From: a bacterium
GTDB lineage: Bacteria; UBP7; UBA6624; JBBIMK01
DNA length: 32,000 bases
Assembly (NCBI GenBank): GCA_037444445.1
Contig: JBBIMK010000020.1
Span: 1-32,000, forward strand
Reading direction: 5' to 3'
The notes under the pieces are model-generated. The model saw nothing but the letters and a program-made list of their open reading frames with translations. It was not told the origin of the DNA and did not search any database. The translations under genes and the position numbers were made by a program. Below, piece by piece: positions 1 through 9,123 of this stretch. How positions within the stretch are numbered: position 1 is the stretch's first letter; each line of letters begins with the position of its first letter.

Positions 1-1098
1 GACAGTGGCATGGCAGGTTTAACATTAGTTATGACGATACCAAATGATCTTTACATGCAGGGGAAGACTCAAGAAGCCATAGACTTCCTGAATAAGTTAA
101 TCCAACATCACATTGGCGGTATTAGCCAGTATCTGCCGATACAGAGCGAGACAGAGCTTGTTTCCTTTTTGAATCGCCCGGAAGTTGTAAAAACAATACA
201 GATGAGTGATGCCCGATTTACAAGTTACTGTGGCTACTATGATGTTCTGCAGATCCACGACTACCAGGGCTGGGAAACGCTCGAGCAAGTCTTCGATTGG
301 ATTCAGGCGAAGATGGATTCCGCTGGTTGCATCAAACCAATTGAGATGTGGGAATTGGGCTATGGATGGGACAACGCTTTGACTTACACCGTTGATGTCC
401 ATGCCAAAGGGGTTGCCAAGTCACTGGTCATCACGGTGGCCAAAGGTGCCGAGGCCGTCATCTACTTTCCCCTCACAGATAGAGGCAACTACGCACGGTC
501 GCTACTGACCGGAGAGTACGGGGTTCTTCCACCAGCCATTGCTTACAAAGTTGCTGTACAAAAACTGCGGGGTGTTACCGCTGCAGAGGAGCTTAATCTT
601 GGTGAAGGAGTTTGGGCATTTAAGTTTACAAAAGGTAGCCAAGAGCTTTATAGTGTTTGGAGCGATACTACAAGAACGATAAATCTACCTATCAATGCAA
701 TGAAAGTAATAGTAACAGATATCCAGGGAGATACAATGTATGCAAGTCCAGATAGTCTTATTATTGATTCAAGCCCAGTTTTTGTAGAACCGGTCACCGC
801 TACTTCAGTAGAAAATATAACGGAAGATGTTCCGCATGCAGTCCAGCTTTATCAAAACTATCCAAACCCATTCAACCCATCAACAACAATTCGCTTCTCC
901 ATTCCACAGCGAGAATTTGTAACGCTCAAAGTTTTTGATGTATTGGGCAGGGAAGTGGCAACGCTGGTAAATGGTGAATTAAGCCCCGGCAAGCATTCAA
1001 TTGTGTTTGATGCAAGGGATTTGGCAAGCGGTGTATATTTTTACCGATTGGCAGCGGGAACATTTGTTCAACAAAAGAAGATGGTAGTGATGAAATGA
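1..1098 (+). CDS. Secreted clan GH-A-like glycoside hydrolase paralog (5' end cut by the window edge) with a T9SS C-terminal sorting domain
   Basis: Frame 1 is open from base 1 (GAC AGT GGC ATG..), so the ATG at 10 is probably internal. 'YDVLQIHDYQGW..IEMWELGYGW..AKSLVITVAKGAEAVIYF' aligns by eye with the C-terminal half of the two downstream paralogs ('FDALDIHHWGH..QIWSCEHGTW..ARSLVRRFVYNLNHGLDKLFW'). The last ~80 aa (nt 850-1095: YQNYPNPFNPSTTIRFSIP..LKVFDVLGREV..GVYFYRL..KKMVVMK) look like a textbook Por/T9SS CTD (TIGR04183 type). Confidence 0.75.
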   Translation, partial: DSGMAGLTLVMTIPNDLYMQGKTQEAIDFLNKLIQHHIGGISQYLPIQSETELVSFLNRPEVVKTIQMSDARFTSYCGYYDVLQIHDYQGWETLEQVFDWIQAKMDSAGCIKPIEMWELGYGWDNALTYTVDVHAKGVAKSLVITVAKGAEAVIYFPLTDRGNYARSLLTGEYGVLPPAIAYKVAVQKLRGVTAAEELNLGEGVWAFKFTKGSQELYSVWSDTTRTINLPINAMKVIVTDIQGDTMYASPDSLIIDSSPVFVEPVTATSVENITEDVPHAVQLYQNYPNPFNPSTTIRFSIPQREFVTLKVFDVLGREVATLVNGELSPGKHSIVFDARDLASGVYFYRLAAGTFVQQKKMVVMK

Positions 1099-2669
1099 AA
1101 AGGTTATTTATACTGCTCGCAATTGCATTATGGATGGCGCATGGTGCTTATGCGACAACACGGGACAGCCTGATCACCTCAGAGTTTTTCGGCTTCGACT
1201 TCTGGAGTCGCGACGTTCAGTTCTGGCGCGAGGTTCTGAATCTAATGAACAAAGACACCGTCGGCTTTGGGTTGGTCGGCTACGGCGTCGGCTGGGAGAA
1301 AATCGAGCTGAGTCCACCAAAGCAAGGCGTGCATGCTTATGACTGGTCAGCCTTAGATGAACTGATTCGAGCAGTGGTAGAGTCTGGTCGAGCCCTCGAT
1401 TTTGAAATTCTTTCTCGCAGTAACTGGGCGACAATGGTCCCCTACCGAAATATGGACGAAGAGTGCTGCGCCATGAGCCCGCCGAAAGAAGATGCTGACT
1501 CTGATGTGGCCGCTTGGGGGATGACTGCCTATCAGGCGTGGAGCGATTTCGTGTTCAATCTGGTGGAACGCTACGACGGCGACGGCGTGGGCGATGCTCC
1601 GGGCATCACGCGTCCGGCTATCAAGTATCTCCAGTTGGGGAATGAACCCGAAGCCCCCAACCATTTCATCAGGTATGGCGGCACACCCGAGCGTTACGCC
1701 CGCATGTTGGCCGTCATGTACGAGGCTGCCAAGCGGGCTAACCCCACCATCAAGGTGGTCCGGGGAAAGTCTAATCCCGGCCACATCTTCGACGATAACC
1801 CTGATGAGGCAACCCTGAGAGCACGAAGAGCGGGCTATCTGGATTTCCTCTCGACCAGCCTCAAGCTGAGCAAAGATCACTTTGACATCTTCGCCATCAA
1901 CTTCAACGACCATTACACAGGGCTTTTCCCGTTTGTCCGCTGGCTGAAGGCAGAGATGGAGAAGAACGGCTACACCAAGCCTTTTCTGGTGGGTGATGCG
2001 AGGACGACGCTCTATCCTCGTGATAATGACGACGCTGTTCACATTTTGCCTCCGCGTTATCCTCCTGGGTTCGTAGAAAGTTTGAGAGACCCGACCCATC
2101 CGCAGTACGCTGCCAACAAGAGACTCTATCATGCCGATGAAGTGCGCCAGAGCCTGCGCAAGATGCTCGTGGCGCTTGCCTCCGGACAGGAAGCCATTTC
2201 CCTGCAGCCAGTGATGGGGCCGGTCATCCATAAAAGGGCGCTCTGGCAAGATGCCGGGCTGCTGGATGCGCGCGTCTACCGGGCGACCGGAGACCTGCGC
2301 AAAGCGCGGAAGCCTGTCTATTACGCCACCAAGCAACTGATGGATGCTCTTCTCGGTGCGGACCAACAGGTGAAGATTCTCGGCTTGGGCAAGAACGTGT
2401 TCGCTTATCAAGTGCTCAAGAAGGGCAAGAAGCTCTTCTTCCTCTGGCACGAAGACCCCTTCAATGTGGACGCTCAGGGATTGGTGCGACGCAATCAGCA
2501 GGTGAAGGTTAACTTGAGTTCCTTTGTCTTAACCTCTCGGATCCGCGTCAAGCGTTTTGTGATGGAGTTAGATGCAAACTACGCCCCCATTTATCCCAGT
2601 GACCTCGTCGTGTCGGCAACTCAACTGGTGATAGACGAAACTCCGGTGCTGGTCGTTGAAGAGCCGTGA
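1095..2669 (+). CDS. Secreted clan GH-A (TIM-barrel) glycoside hydrolase-like protein
   Basis: Signal peptide MKRLFILLAIALWMAHGAYA. 'ERYDGDGVGDAPGITRPAIKYLQLGNEPE' carries the NEP acid/base motif typical of clan GH-A barrels. ATG 1095 overlaps the upstream TGA (ATGA). The gene is visibly GC-richer than the backbone. Confidence 0.75.
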   Translation: MKRLFILLAIALWMAHGAYATTRDSLITSEFFGFDFWSRDVQFWREVLNLMNKDTVGFGLVGYGVGWEKIELSPPKQGVHAYDWSALDELIRAVVESGRALDFEILSRSNWATMVPYRNMDEECCAMSPPKEDADSDVAAWGMTAYQAWSDFVFNLVERYDGDGVGDAPGITRPAIKYLQLGNEPEAPNHFIRYGGTPERYARMLAVMYEAAKRANPTIKVVRGKSNPGHIFDDNPDEATLRARRAGYLDFLSTSLKLSKDHFDIFAINFNDHYTGLFPFVRWLKAEMEKNGYTKPFLVGDARTTLYPRDNDDAVHILPPRYPPGFVESLRDPTHPQYAANKRLYHADEVRQSLRKMLVALASGQEAISLQPVMGPVIHKRALWQDAGLLDARVYRATGDLRKARKPVYYATKQLMDALLGADQQVKILGLGKNVFAYQVLKKGKKLFFLWHEDPFNVDAQGLVRRNQQVKVNLSSFVLTSRIRVKRFVMELDANYAPIYPSDLVVSATQLVIDETPVLVVEEP

Positions 2670-2737
2670 TATGCTTCGGGTATGGATAGCCACAAGTATG
2701 AATATACTTGTCGTAGATGTATAGGAGGCCGAGTAAT

Positions 2738-4238
2738 ATGAAAGCCAAGCTCATTCTTATCGTTGCAATCCTGCTGGCTGTGGCCATCGGCCTGAAGAGC
2801 GGAAGTCAGGGAGCCTCAGGCGAGGCCCTGACCTTCCTAAACAGTTTTCAACGTGCTGGGGTCGTCAACAAGGGCGACACCGTTTCGTTCGAGGATTCGG
2901 CGTTCGGAATCTTCGCTGCGTTCACCGCCAACGAGTTCGGTTACTTCAGCCGCCGAATGGGCTTTGACAACGACGCATACTGGACCTGGGCGGAAAACCA
3001 TATGCGGACGCTCGGGGCGCACTGGACGCGGAGCAACCTGCAGTTTGTCTGGGACCTTGTTGAACCCGAAATCGGTGCGGGCTACAACTGGGACAACCAG
3101 ATGCTGACCGACCCCATCGCGAAGCGCATCTACCGCGAGGGCAACGCCATTCACTGGCTCGCGGTGTTCCACGAAGGCGGGGGACCTGTCACGCCGCCGA
3201 TGCCCGCGCGCCGCGCACAGCACCCGCCCCTGCGCAACCCGCTGGACGACCCCGACCGTTACAGAGCCTTCGTTCGCGCCTCCGTGGAGCGCTACGACGG
3301 CGACGGAATCAACGACGCCGCCCCCGGCGTCCACATCAAATACTGGCAGGCGGGCAACGAAATACTGTTTTGGACAGCCTCCGGGCGCACAGCGCAAGAC
3401 TATGTGCGCTACTTTCGCCTCATCCGTGAAGCGGCGCGGGAGGCTGACCCCACCGCTAAATTCGTTCTCATCGCGCCCACCCAGGCTTTCACCGTTGACC
3501 CCTTCCTCGCCGAAGTCATTGACGCGCTCGCGACCGCCCGCGAGTTTGATGCCCTGGACATCCACCACTGGGGTCACGCGGGCAACTGGAAAATGACCGC
3601 CGTCCCGCTATACCGCCGCCTCCTTGACTCCAGGGGTCTCACCGCGGTTCAAATCTGGAGTTGCGAGCACGGAACCTGGAACGGCGCCCCATCTGCGCCG
3701 CCCCCGCAGTCCGAGCAAGACCAGGCGCGCTCCCTCGTCCGCCGCTTCGTCTACAACCTCAACCACGGCCTGGACAAACTCTTCTGGAATAATCTGATGG
3801 AGTGGCGCGACTTTTCCGGCGACCCCGCCAGCATCTTCAACTCAATGGGGCTGATGACCGACGGGCAAGGACCCGGCGAAGACCCCGCGCGTTTCCACAC
3901 CGAGCGTGTCGCCTACTGGGCCTACAAGATGCTCGCCTCAAAGATTGACGCCCGTTCGCGGCTCCCCTCGGCGCGATGCCCGAGTCACGCGCGAAGGACG
4001 AACTTACGGCTTCGCCTACCGGCGCAAAGACAACGGCAAGCCGTTCTATATTCTCTGGGCGGAGCCGTCCGCCGACGGCGCAGAAGTTTCCTTCACCGTC
4101 ACTGCGCCCTCCGTTTGGGTTACGAACCTCATCCCCGACCGATTTAGCAAAACCCTCTACCAGCGCACACTCTCCGCCGAAGATGGCAAGGTTACCTTGC
4201 CCCTTCCCATAGATCCCTTTCTCATAGAGGAAACCTGA
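2738..4238 (+). pseudogene. Frameshifted (or indel-error-interrupted) paralog of the GH-A-like hydrolase at 1095-2669
   Basis: AGGAGG at 2723-2728 precedes ATG 2738 and the signal peptide MKAKLILIVAILLAVAIG. 'ERYDGDGINDAAPGVHIKYWQAGNE' and 'IWSCEHGTW' are paralogous to the upstream gene. After ~3950 the frame-2 reading becomes Arg/Pro/Leu-rich nonsense (..KIDARSRLPSARCPSHARRTNLRLRLP..). Frame 3 instead gives 'GRTYGFAYRRKDNGKPFYILWAEP..KVTLPLPIDPFLIEET*', which matches the paralog C-terminus ('KNVFAYQVLKKGKKLFFLWHED..'). The net shift is +1, somewhere in ~3945-3995. Confidence 0.6.
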
Positions 4239-4499
4239 ACCAGCCACCCGTACGCTACCCGCCGCTGTCCGTTCGGCAACTGTCCGTGTGTGCACCCGCA
4301 GAGAGGGTATACTCACGGGGGAGATGGTGCGCGAGTCGCACATCCGGACACGCACTGACGCGGCGATCCAAGGCCCGGGCACGCCGGACTGACCTTCCGT
4401 CCCGACCACTTCCGCCGCTTCGCCGCCCTCATCCTTGAACTTGCAAGATGTCCCCGCTGTAAAATCAGAGGCGCGAGAGGTGAGAAGGGAAACGGATGG

Positions 4500-5237
4500 T
4501 TATTTACGGGTTTTGTAAAGGCTGGCGGAGCCAAGGCCAAATGTTTTATATTTTACTTCCCGAAAACCAGCCTTTTTCAGTGTTTCTACCATATCCTCAC
4601 GGGCGTGAAAAGTCCTTGCTGACTGCGGTAGATATTTATAGGCCTGGAAATTATGGGCGATGAGCCAGCCTAATATCGGCACGATTCCACTAAAGTAAAG
4701 ATGGAAAAAGGGAAGGATGAAAGGATTCTCGGGATAAGAAGCCTCCAGAGTTAGAAGAATCCCATCGGGCTTGAGGACACGATGAATTTCCGTGAGCCCC
4801 CTAAAAAGGTCCTTTAGATTTCGGAGGCCGAAACCGATGGTGGCAAGATGAAAAGATTCTGCGGGATAAGGCAGGTGCAAGACATCTCCTCTGACGAATT
4901 CAATCTGAAAAAGTTGCGCTGGGAAGTGGCGTTTTTGAAGTTTCTTCTCGGCGATGTGAAGCATATTTTCTGAGAAATCCAGCCCGATGATACAAGTAAC
5001 CGGAGCAGGATTTATGGCACTCTTTTGAATTTTCCAATGGATGATTTCTGCAGCGGAGAAGATAAAATCGCCGGTGCCGGTGCAGAGGTCTATAATACGC
5101 ATGCCGGGTTGAACATTTCCCCATTTCACTGCTTCCTTTCTCCAGCGATGATGAAGGCCGAAAGAAATCAGGGTGTTCATCAAATCATAACGACTGGAGA
5201 TAGCATCAAACATCTGACGGATGTGTTCAGAGTTCAT
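4500..5237 (-). CDS. ubiE: Demethylmenaquinone / ubiquinone-precursor C-methyltransferase (UbiE/MenG family)
   Basis: The N-terminal hallmark 'FDAISSRYDLMNTLISFGLHHRWRK' and SAM motif I 'IIDLCTGTGD' are present. It lies 21 nt downstream of the ABC-2 permease on the same strand. Confidence 0.85.
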   Translation of the reverse strand: MNSEHIRQMFDAISSRYDLMNTLISFGLHHRWRKEAVKWGNVQPGMRIIDLCTGTGDFIFSAAEIIHWKIQKSAINPAPVTCIIGLDFSENMLHIAEKKLQKRHFPAQLFQIEFVRGDVLHLPYPAESFHLATIGFGLRNLKDLFRGLTEIHRVLKPDGILLTLEASYPENPFILPFFHLYFSGIVPILGWLIAHNFQAYKYLPQSARTFHAREDMVETLKKAGFREVKYKTFGLGSASLYKTRK

Positions 5238-5258
5238 CCCTGCATCTAAAATCAGGAC

Positions 5259-6107
5259 TCACCAACCGGTGGTGAGGTCAAAAAGCCCTTTCTGCCTCGC
5301 AATCCACTCAAAAAGGCGGAATAGATAATAAGCAACAACTGAGAGAAAGATAGTGGTCAAGAGAAGAATCCAGAAGATGGAAAAATCGGGGAGTGAAGCG
5401 AAAGCGGTGCTGTAGCGCTTGCCCATCCAGATTCGTCGGAGGCCCTCCAGCCAGTAAGTGAAAGGAATCAACTTGCTGAGAGGCTGAAGCCAGGAAGGAA
5501 GAACCTCAACGGGGAAAATGGCACCGCTCAGGAGATAGAAAATCCCTCCCACATATTCCCCGATAGCAAAAGCCTGCTGAGGTAACACGAGGCAAACCCC
5601 GGCCACAATCAACCCCAGAGCCAGAATTCCCAGATTCCCCAGGACGAATACCAGTAAAAAATAGGGAATATTCTGGTAGTTGAAGTGGATTTGTAGGTGC
5701 AGAAATAAGAAACCAAAAAGTAAGGTTACTGTGCAGGCGACGATGCTGAGAACGAATTTGACGAAGCCTCTTCCAGCCAGGTAGACGAAGATAGAAACAG
5801 GTGAGATATAAATATACTTCAGCATCTCGTGCCATTCACGGTCGCCGATAAGGGTCCAGGAGATGCCGTAAAGGAGGTTCATCACGAAGATGAAAAAGGC
5901 GTTCCCAATGAAAAAATAAGTGAATAAGTCTGGCTGAGTTTCTCTGCTGAGGTAGGTGACTATCCAGTACATCACCACGAGAATCAGGGAAGCGGAAATG
6001 GGCTTGATAAAGGAATAGATGATGAAAAGAAGAGGGTCAGCCCAGTTGGATTCCGTTTGCCATCCGAGCCATGCTGACGCTTTGAATGAATGTATCGGGT
6101 GAGCCAT
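5259..6107 (-). CDS. ABC-2 type transporter permease (second of two)
   Basis: 282 aa, about 6 hydrophobic helices, ABC-2 permease-like layout. Its start lies 1 nt after the stop of the upstream permease. Confidence 0.8.
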   Translation of the reverse strand: MAHPIHSFKASAWLGWQTESNWADPLLFIIYSFIKPISASLILVVMYWIVTYLSRETQPDLFTYFFIGNAFFIFVMNLLYGISWTLIGDREWHEMLKYIYISPVSIFVYLAGRGFVKFVLSIVACTVTLLFGFLFLHLQIHFNYQNIPYFLLVFVLGNLGILALGLIVAGVCLVLPQQAFAIGEYVGGIFYLLSGAIFPVEVLPSWLQPLSKLIPFTYWLEGLRRIWMGKRYSTAFASLPDFSIFWILLLTTIFLSVVAYYLFRLFEWIARQKGLFDLTTGW

Positions 6108-6108
6108 T

Positions 6109-6960
6109 TTATTGCAAACGCAGCGATAAAGTTCCAGTAGTCTTTCCCAGATACTCCATAGTTCGGAGGGCTTTTGAGGCCAACCCGAGAAAAAGGATGG
6201 AAAGAGCGCCCAGAATCAAGATTTCATATTCCACCGAGAGGAAGAGTGGATAAAGAGTGGAAGGGAACATCAGTTGCCTCATCGCATCCAATCCCAGAGT
6301 AGCGGGAATGATGGAAGCAAAGGCAGCCACGATGACCCCTAACGCCCTCACCGGGAAATAGAAACCCGATAACAGGTAAATCGGCTCTTGGAATAGATTA
6401 CTCAAATGCCAGGCTTCTCTGCCCCAGAGAAGATACAAAGAGGCAAATGCCATGCCAAGGCCATACAAAGCAGTGAGAGTAAGAAGGAAGGCGAGGATAA
6501 AAAGAAAAGGGGACTCCAGGGAAAACTTCACGCGGAAAATGAGAAGCCCGATGAAGAACGCTGAACCAGCCCGAAGAGTGCTCATGAACATTCCCCCCAG
6601 AGCCATACCCAATAGAATCGCCATGCGGGAGGAGGGCATCAGAAGGAAAATTTCCAATTGTCCATTCATTTTTTCCCAGTAAAACTGGCTCGCCATACTC
6701 CAGAGGACATTCATCCAGTAGGCGGTCATCGCTCCACCGAGGATGACATAGCCGGTAAATTCTGGAGCCGCTCTCATAGCACGATAAATGAACACATAAG
6801 CGGAGAGGCCAAGGACAGGCAGGAGGGTTTCAACGAGTGCCCAGGATGTTTCGCGGAAAGTGGCCATAAACCGAACATAAGCCCTTGCCCAGATAGTGCG
6901 CAGGTGGAGTTCAATGGAGGAATGGATTTTAAGACTCTCTAACAGATTCATCTTCCTCAA
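6109..6960 (-). CDS. ABC-2 type transporter permease (first of two)
   Basis: 283-aa polytopic membrane protein. It overlaps the 3' end of the ATPase gene (6929-6960). An alternative start is MNLL at 6951. Confidence 0.8.
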   Translation of the reverse strand: MRKMNLLESLKIHSSIELHLRTIWARAYVRFMATFRETSWALVETLLPVLGLSAYVFIYRAMRAAPEFTGYVILGGAMTAYWMNVLWSMASQFYWEKMNGQLEIFLLMPSSRMAILLGMALGGMFMSTLRAGSAFFIGLLIFRVKFSLESPFLFILAFLLTLTALYGLGMAFASLYLLWGREAWHLSNLFQEPIYLLSGFYFPVRALGVIVAAFASIIPATLGLDAMRQLMFPSTLYPLFLSVEYEILILGALSILFLGLASKALRTMEYLGKTTGTLSLRLQ

Positions 6961-7975
6961 AAGTTCTTCCCACTATACTAACGAACACATCTTCCAGCGT
7001 AGGTTCGGTCTTTCGCAGGAGTCGGATTTGCCCACCCATAGCGGTAATACGCTCCAGGACTCTTGCAATCACAGCATCTTCCTGCAGGGAAAGTCGTAAG
7101 AGGGTGTCGCTGGAATGGGGCTGGCGGTGCGAGGATACGCGTAAAACCCCCTGAATTTCTGACAATTGCTCCATCAGCGAATCCGGGGTGAAGGCTTCAA
7201 TCTCAAAAAGTGCCTCTTTCTGCACGCCCCTCTTTAAGTTGGCAGGAGTATCGCAGGATAAAATTTTTCCATGGCTGATAATGGCTATGCGGTCGCATAA
7301 TTCATCTGCTTCAGCCATATAATGGGTGGTGAACAGAACCGTTTTCTCCGGATGCTCCGCAATCCAGCGTTTAATAAATTTCCTGCAAGCCATGGCAGAA
7401 GTAACATCCAATCCGAGGGTAGGCTCATCCAGAAACACGATTTTCGGGTCGTTGATGAATCCCCGGGCAAAGTTTAACTTCTGCCGCATTCCAGTGGAAA
7501 GGCGATTAACCCTCGTCTTTTCTTCCTCTTTTAACTCCACGAGGGCAAGCAATTCATCAATCCGCTTTTTCGCCACAGCGTAGGAAATTCCATAAAATTG
7601 AGAGAACATCCACAGAGTTTCACGAACCGTTAAAATTCCATACCCCGCATGCTCTCCTCCGGAAACCATGTTGATGCGGTGGCGTATCAGGGCTGCTTGC
7701 TTCACCACATCTAAACCATCCACAAAAGCCTGCCCCTCTGAAGGCAGAAGGAGAGTGGTGAGGATTTTAATGAGAGTGGTTTTGCCGGCACCATTCGGAC
7801 CCAAAAGACCGAAAAGTTCTCCGGGCTGTATCTCCAGAGAGACCTCATCCAGCGCTTTGATGGTCTCTTTCTCACGCTTGCTTCGCCGTTTCGTATAAAA
7901 TCTCTTCAGATGAACCGTTTGGATAGATGGGAACATCTCCAATTCCTTGCCTCTTCGTTCAAAACCCTTCTTCAT
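6929..7975 (-). CDS. ABC transporter ATP-binding protein (DrrA/CcmA-like, with a C-terminal extension)
   Basis: Walker A GPNGAGKTT, signature LSTGMRQKL, Walker B IVFLDEPTLGLD. The start may be the internal ATG at 7936 (MFPSIQT..), which has AAGGA 7 nt upstream. Confidence 0.9.
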   Translation of the reverse strand: MKKGFERRGKELEMFPSIQTVHLKRFYTKRRSKREKETIKALDEVSLEIQPGELFGLLGPNGAGKTTLIKILTTLLLPSEGQAFVDGLDVVKQAALIRHRINMVSGGEHAGYGILTVRETLWMFSQFYGISYAVAKKRIDELLALVELKEEEKTRVNRLSTGMRQKLNFARGFINDPKIVFLDEPTLGLDVTSAMACRKFIKRWIAEHPEKTVLFTTHYMAEADELCDRIAIISHGKILSCDTPANLKRGVQKEALFEIEAFTPDSLMEQLSEIQGVLRVSSHRQPHSSDTLLRLSLQEDAVIARVLERITAMGGQIRLLRKTEPTLEDVFVSIVGRTFEEDESVRES

Positions 7976-8105
7976 TATAATCCATTCCAGGTGAAAAGGG
8001 AAGCCCCTTCACTTTTGACAGAGTCTCGGATATAATTGTAGCAAACAGGGATGAAAAAATGGTGGATGAAAGGTGTTTAAAACTGGCAAAAAGGGGTGAA
8101 AAGAA

Positions 8106-9065
8106 ATGGTGGAGAGTGAATTTGCTTACACACGAGAACTTCTGGAACATTTCTTGAATCAAAGCTCTGTTCTTTTCATTGCCGTGGATAAAAAGGGTCA
8201 GGTCCATCTCACGAATTCTGCTTTTCAACGCCTTGTGGGTGAGAAGAAATCCTATGCACTTCAAGATTTCCTGGAAGAAAAAGATATTTCAGGAATGAAT
8301 GAGGTCTGGAAGCGAGCACTGGATAATCAATCCTGTGAGGTTGTTGACCTTCACATTCGCGACTCCGGGGGCGTTCTCAAAAGTGTGAAGGCCTGGCTCT
8401 ACCCTGCCTCGTCGGGTGTGCTTCTTTTCGGTGAGCCCACGGTGGAGGAAGTGGAGAAATATAAAGGGGCTTATCTCCGGGTCGTTTCCGAAATCGACCG
8501 TATCGCACGGGAAAACCAGCAGTTAAAAGATTCGGCAGAATTTCTCAGAAAGAAACTGGAGCAAATGGAAACCACAGATATGCTGACTGGAGTATCCAAT
8601 CGGAAGAGTTTTAAGGCAATCCTGGATACAGAGTGGTCCAGAGCTATTCGTTACAAACATCCCTTTTCGCTGATAAGTTTTGACATAGACCGGCTGAAAG
8701 AGGTGAATGAGTCCTATGGGCCTGACACCGGGGATACAGTTATCGTAGAATCGGTGAAAAGAATTCGTGAAAATCTACGAATGAGCGATACAATCGGGCG
8801 ATATGAAGGAGGCACTTTTTTCGTGCTCTTGCCCGAGACCAACGCCAAGCGGGCATATCCAATGGCAGAGCGAATGAGAATCCTTATCCAGGGTCAGTCC
8901 TTCTTTGCCCCTGAGAAGACCTTTCAGGTCACTGCCACTTTTGGACTCACTGAGGCTTTCTGCATTGGGGATGACGACTCTGAAAAACTCATCCACCGTT
9001 GTCTCCAGGCCTTGCATAAAGCGAAGGCGATAGGCAAGAATCGCATTGAAGTGATTTTATACTAA
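8106..9065 (+). CDS. PAS-like sensor / GGDEF-domain protein with a degenerate active site (EGGTF) and an intact RxxD I-site
   Basis: 'DMLTGVSNRKSF..FDIDRLKEVNESYGPDTGD..RMSDTIGRYEGGTFFVLLPE..LHKAKAIGKNRIEV' follows the GGDEF-domain consensus. The signature codons at 8805-8819 read E-G-G-T-F. RMSD at 8778-8789 occupies the canonical I-site position. Confidence 0.8.
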   Translation: MVESEFAYTRELLEHFLNQSSVLFIAVDKKGQVHLTNSAFQRLVGEKKSYALQDFLEEKDISGMNEVWKRALDNQSCEVVDLHIRDSGGVLKSVKAWLYPASSGVLLFGEPTVEEVEKYKGAYLRVVSEIDRIARENQQLKDSAEFLRKKLEQMETTDMLTGVSNRKSFKAILDTEWSRAIRYKHPFSLISFDIDRLKEVNESYGPDTGDTVIVESVKRIRENLRMSDTIGRYEGGTFFVLLPETNAKRAYPMAERMRILIQGQSFFAPEKTFQVTATFGLTEAFCIGDDDSEKLIHRCLQALHKAKAIGKNRIEVILY

Positions 9066-9123
9066 TGTTCAGATTTCGCTCCGGGAGCCGACTCTGAAGA
9101 TGTGGTAAACTAAAAGTGTTAGA

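Noticed and set aside
1050-1150. The idea that the GC jump at ~1100 marks a chimeric contig join.
   Set aside because: The two genes are paralogous, lie on the same strand and share an ATGA stop/start overlap, which a random misjoin would be unlikely to produce. Read-level confirmation is still desirable.
1353-2450. 365-aa minus-strand ORF antisense to the GH-like gene. Similar long antisense ORFs lie at 2837-3577, 3837-4409 and 10139-10822.
   Set aside because: All of them lie inside the GC-rich genes, where stop codons are rare on every frame. Their products are Arg/Pro/Gly/His-rich and motif-free, whereas the sense frames carry clear signal peptides and GH motifs.
4284-4318. Imperfect 14-bp hairpin (CCGTGTGTGCACCC-gcagaga-GGGTATACTCACGG) downstream of the third GH gene.
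   Set aside because: It has two mismatches and a wobble pair, and no U-tract follows it. I recognised no conserved RNA family, so the evidence is too weak for a terminator or ncRNA call.
4239-4499. GC-rich 260-bp spacer with a short reading 'DHFRRFAALILELARCPRCKIRG', considered as a possible transposase or zinc-finger remnant at the composition boundary.
   Set aside because: It is too short and has no diagnostic motif, so I cannot separate it from chance in GC-rich DNA. I mention it only as part of the compositional block.
8015-8036. Perfect TTGACA and TATAAT hexamers in the divergent region upstream of the GGDEF gene.
   Set aside because: The spacer is only 10 nt (8021-8030), far from the 16-18 nt needed for a sigma-70 promoter, so I do not call it.
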